A stretch of DNA of 57,450 nucleotides from a virus. Its lineage: Duplodnaviria > Caudoviricetes. Position 1 is the first letter of the stretch. The number at the start of each line of letters is the position of its first letter. The stretch is taken from positions 1 to 57,450 of the IMG/VR virus record IMGVR_UViG_3300035182_002025. The stretch is one strand, 5' to 3'. A model generated the notes under the pieces. That model was given only the letters and a program-made list of their open reading frames with translations, did not search any database and had not been told where the DNA came from. Shown here piece after piece: positions 55,311 to 57,450 of this stretch. A program made the translations under genes and the position numbers.

Positions 55311-56735
55311 TTATTTCAACCCGCGTTTTGCGAGCCCTCGTTTTATGGCAGCTTCGACGGTTATTTTCTCTTCCAAGCGGACAAGAATGTCTTCGTCTAT
55401 GGTGTCGCGGGCTACTAGCTGATGGATAATTGCGGGTAGCCCGGTGTTTGCCTGGAATTGACGCACTTTGCCAATCCTGGCTATTACTTGCTGGCGCTTC
55501 TCGCCGTCCCAGTCCAGGGAGTAGAGAATCATCACGTTGGTGGCGCGCTGCAGATCGTCCACCCCATGCCCAGCAGAATCTGGGTGGATGAACAGAACTT
55601 GGAACTTGCCGTCTATGAAATCGCTTTTAGTAGAAGGCTTTTTATCAAATTTACGCCCTTTTGGGAACGCTTTTTTTAGCCTTTCCAAATCCGATTTGAA
55701 CTTGTAAACGATAATAACCTGCTTCCCGTTCAGCTCGTCGACTATGCTTTGCGCGGCCTCTAACTTGGCGGAATGCAACTCCTCGTAGCGACCTTCTTTG
55801 TCGTAATATATGCTCCCATTTGCGATCTGGTGCAGCTTGGCCGACTTAGATGCCGCCGAGAACACTTCAACTTCGCCAGCTTCAATCTCGGTGAACAGCT
55901 CCTGGGCCATCTCTTCGTAATGCTGTCTGGCTTTGGCTGGCAGCTCTACGAACACCGTGTTCTCGATCTCTTCGGGCAGATCCAAATAGTCTTCTGAGCG
56001 CAGGGTGAACACCAAGCCTTTGATCTTGTCCATGATCTCACTCTCAGCATGTGGCAAAGCGGTAAGACCAAAGCCGTTCCAACCTGTTTTAAACCAGCGG
56101 TTCTCAAACGCCGTGTAGCTATTACCTAGCTGCTTTCCCCCATCTATAAACCATATCAGCGGCCATATCTGGTGAAGCCCGTTACTGCACGGCGTACCTG
56201 TCAGGCCGTAATACCGAACGCCTTTTTTCCAGGCCATTTTGGCCAGGGCTATGGAACGCGTCCCGCTTGAGCATTCCAACGCATAGCCCCCGCCAGCCTT
56301 TTTCCTAAAATACCCTTTGAAACCTTTTAACTTAGAGGCTTCGTCGACTATGAAGGTGCCAAACGGGGAATTATCCCCGACTTGCTCATAAAGCCATGGC
56401 AGGTTCTCAAAGTTGATGGTGTAGATGTCCGCCTTGGTGTGCAGCGCGCGCAGTCTTTCAGATTTGTCTCCGACAATCGCCGATATCTTTAAATGCTTGA
56501 GATGGTCCCATTTTTTCGCCTCGTCACTCCAAGTATTGGTGGCCACGGGTAAAGGTGCCACTACAAGGGTGGGTCGGGTTTCCCCGGCCATTATCAACGT
56601 ATCTATGGCGTCCAACGTGATGACCGTCTTCCCCAATCCAGGGTCTACGTGGAGGTTTCCACGGGCCCTGGATAGTAGGAAGTCTGTGGCAGCTTTACCA
56701 TAAGCGCGGGGTACGTATGGCTTACTCACTGGCAA
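55311..56735 (-). CDS. SNF2-family helicase
   Basis: DPGLGKT, VDEAS, LTGTP, HPDSAGHG, QVIARI..RQ. Confidence 0.93.
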   Translation of the reverse strand: MPVSKPYVPRAYGKAATDFLLSRARGNLHVDPGLGKTVITLDAIDTLIMAGETRPTLVVAPLPVATNTWSDEAKKWDHLKHLKISAIVGDKSERLRALHTKADIYTINFENLPWLYEQVGDNSPFGTFIVDEASKLKGFKGYFRKKAGGGYALECSSGTRSIALAKMAWKKGVRYYGLTGTPCSNGLHQIWPLIWFIDGGKQLGNSYTAFENRWFKTGWNGFGLTALPHAESEIMDKIKGLVFTLRSEDYLDLPEEIENTVFVELPAKARQHYEEMAQELFTEIEAGEVEVFSAASKSAKLHQIANGSIYYDKEGRYEELHSAKLEAAQSIVDELNGKQVIIVYKFKSDLERLKKAFPKGRKFDKKPSTKSDFIDGKFQVLFIHPDSAGHGVDDLQRATNVMILYSLDWDGEKRQQVIARIGKVRQFQANTGLPAIIHQLVARDTIDEDILVRLEEKITVEAAIKRGLAKRGLK

Positions 56736-56958
56736 ACGGGTTCTCTAGGAACTTAATACGGTACAAAGGTACTGATGTTAGTTCCAGAGTATCCAACAAT
56801 ACTACCGCTTCTACAGAGCCCCATTCATCCGCTGTCCCAGATACCATTATTGTTTCTACGAATGTCGCGTCAAAAGCAGGGAGAGTTACACTAGGGCTCC
56901 CGCATTCGATCTCTGTAACGTGGCATTTTTTTCCTGCAAAAACATGCTTACCTGACAT
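56722..56958 (-). CDS. Hypothetical protein (78 aa)
   Basis: Start placed at ATG 56958 after GAGG. Confidence 0.55.
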   Translation of the reverse strand: MSGKHVFAGKKCHVTEIECGSPSVTLPAFDATFVETIMVSGTADEWGSVEAVVLLDTLELTSVPLYRIKFLENPFASE

Positions 56959-56968
56959 ATAAATATCC

Positions 56969-57127
56969 TCACCTTTGGTGTTGAATGAGGGGCTTTTGCC
57001 CCTCGGAAAGCTCCCATGAAAACTCGCGCCGGCAATCGACACAGGCTTTCATACGGAGCGAATAAAACAGCAGCATTCCCGTCCTGCAGTAGGGGCACAG
57101 GTTACGTTCTGGAATCTCAAAAAACAT
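56969..57127 (-). CDS. Small zinc-ribbon protein (52 aa; not in ORF track)
   Basis: MFFEIPERNLCPYCRTG...KACVDCRREFSW...; overlaps the VRR-NUC stop and fills the gap. Confidence 0.65.
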   Translation of the reverse strand: MFFEIPERNLCPYCRTGMLLFYSLRMKACVDCRREFSWELSEGQKPLIQHQR

Positions 57128-57413
57128 GGCTGACGGCCTTTATGAAATTTACAACTTCTTCTTTGGCGTCTATGACGAACACCAAAAAACCCAATTTGCG
57201 CAGCCTTTCGTGCGCTCGAAGTTGCCCTGGCCTGGGAACTTCGCCAGGACGTTTCAACTCGACGAAGATAACTTTCCCCCCTGGGAACAGGCATATTCTG
57301 TCCGGATCGTGCATTTTTGATGTGAACTTGCGGCACTCTACGCCCGGAAAAGCAGCTTCTACTTGCGTGACGAAAAACTTTTCAATCGCGGATTCTCTAG
57401 GTCTTCGCTGCAT
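57117..57413 (-). CDS. VRR-NUC domain nuclease
   Basis: RESAIE...KF.S....PDRICL.PGG...FVELKRPG..PRPGQ. Confidence 0.92.
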   Translation of the reverse strand: MQRRPRESAIEKFFVTQVEAAFPGVECRKFTSKMHDPDRICLFPGGKVIFVELKRPGEVPRPGQLRAHERLRKLGFLVFVIDAKEEVVNFIKAVSHVF

Positions 57414-57450
57414 CTTTGTCCTCTATGAAATATTCGCAATCCTTGTCCCC

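Noticed and set aside
1-57450. Complete genome, integrated prophage or alternative genetic code
   Set aside because: No polymerase, primase, integrase, att site or host flank seen; genes read through normally in the standard code with all three stop codons used

Overview
The window is a large, apparently incomplete fragment of a tailed dsDNA phage genome, probably podovirus-like and infecting a Gram-negative proteobacterium (inferred from spanin-like genes, RdgC, HU, NrdJb and RlpA). The + strand (66-52164) carries a frameshifted rdgC, a lysis module interleaved with the terminase genes, portal, HU, scaffold, an N4-gp56-like major capsid protein, adaptor, many Ser/Thr/Ala/Gly-rich fibre-like genes including a triple-LamG protein, a glycosyltransferase and SAM-methyltransferase pair, ejection-type proteins, two polyvalent proteins and a ferritin. 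The - strand (52190-57413) carries RlpA, NrdJb, HNH, SNF2 helicase and VRR-NUC. No integrase, polymerase, tRNA or CRISPR array was recognised. Highlights: (1) two small basic genes, each with a perfect AGGAGG RBS, overprinted in the +1 frame inside the 43235-46402 gene; (2) three paralogous Zn-finger-array/PD-(D/E)xK nuclease/Mom-like GNAT genes, one preceded by a C4-like RNA whose loop can pair with its RBS; (3) a candidate virion glycosylation/methylation module; (4) recurring GNRA hairpins in virion-gene leaders. All family assignments are by-eye motif recognition; no database search was run.
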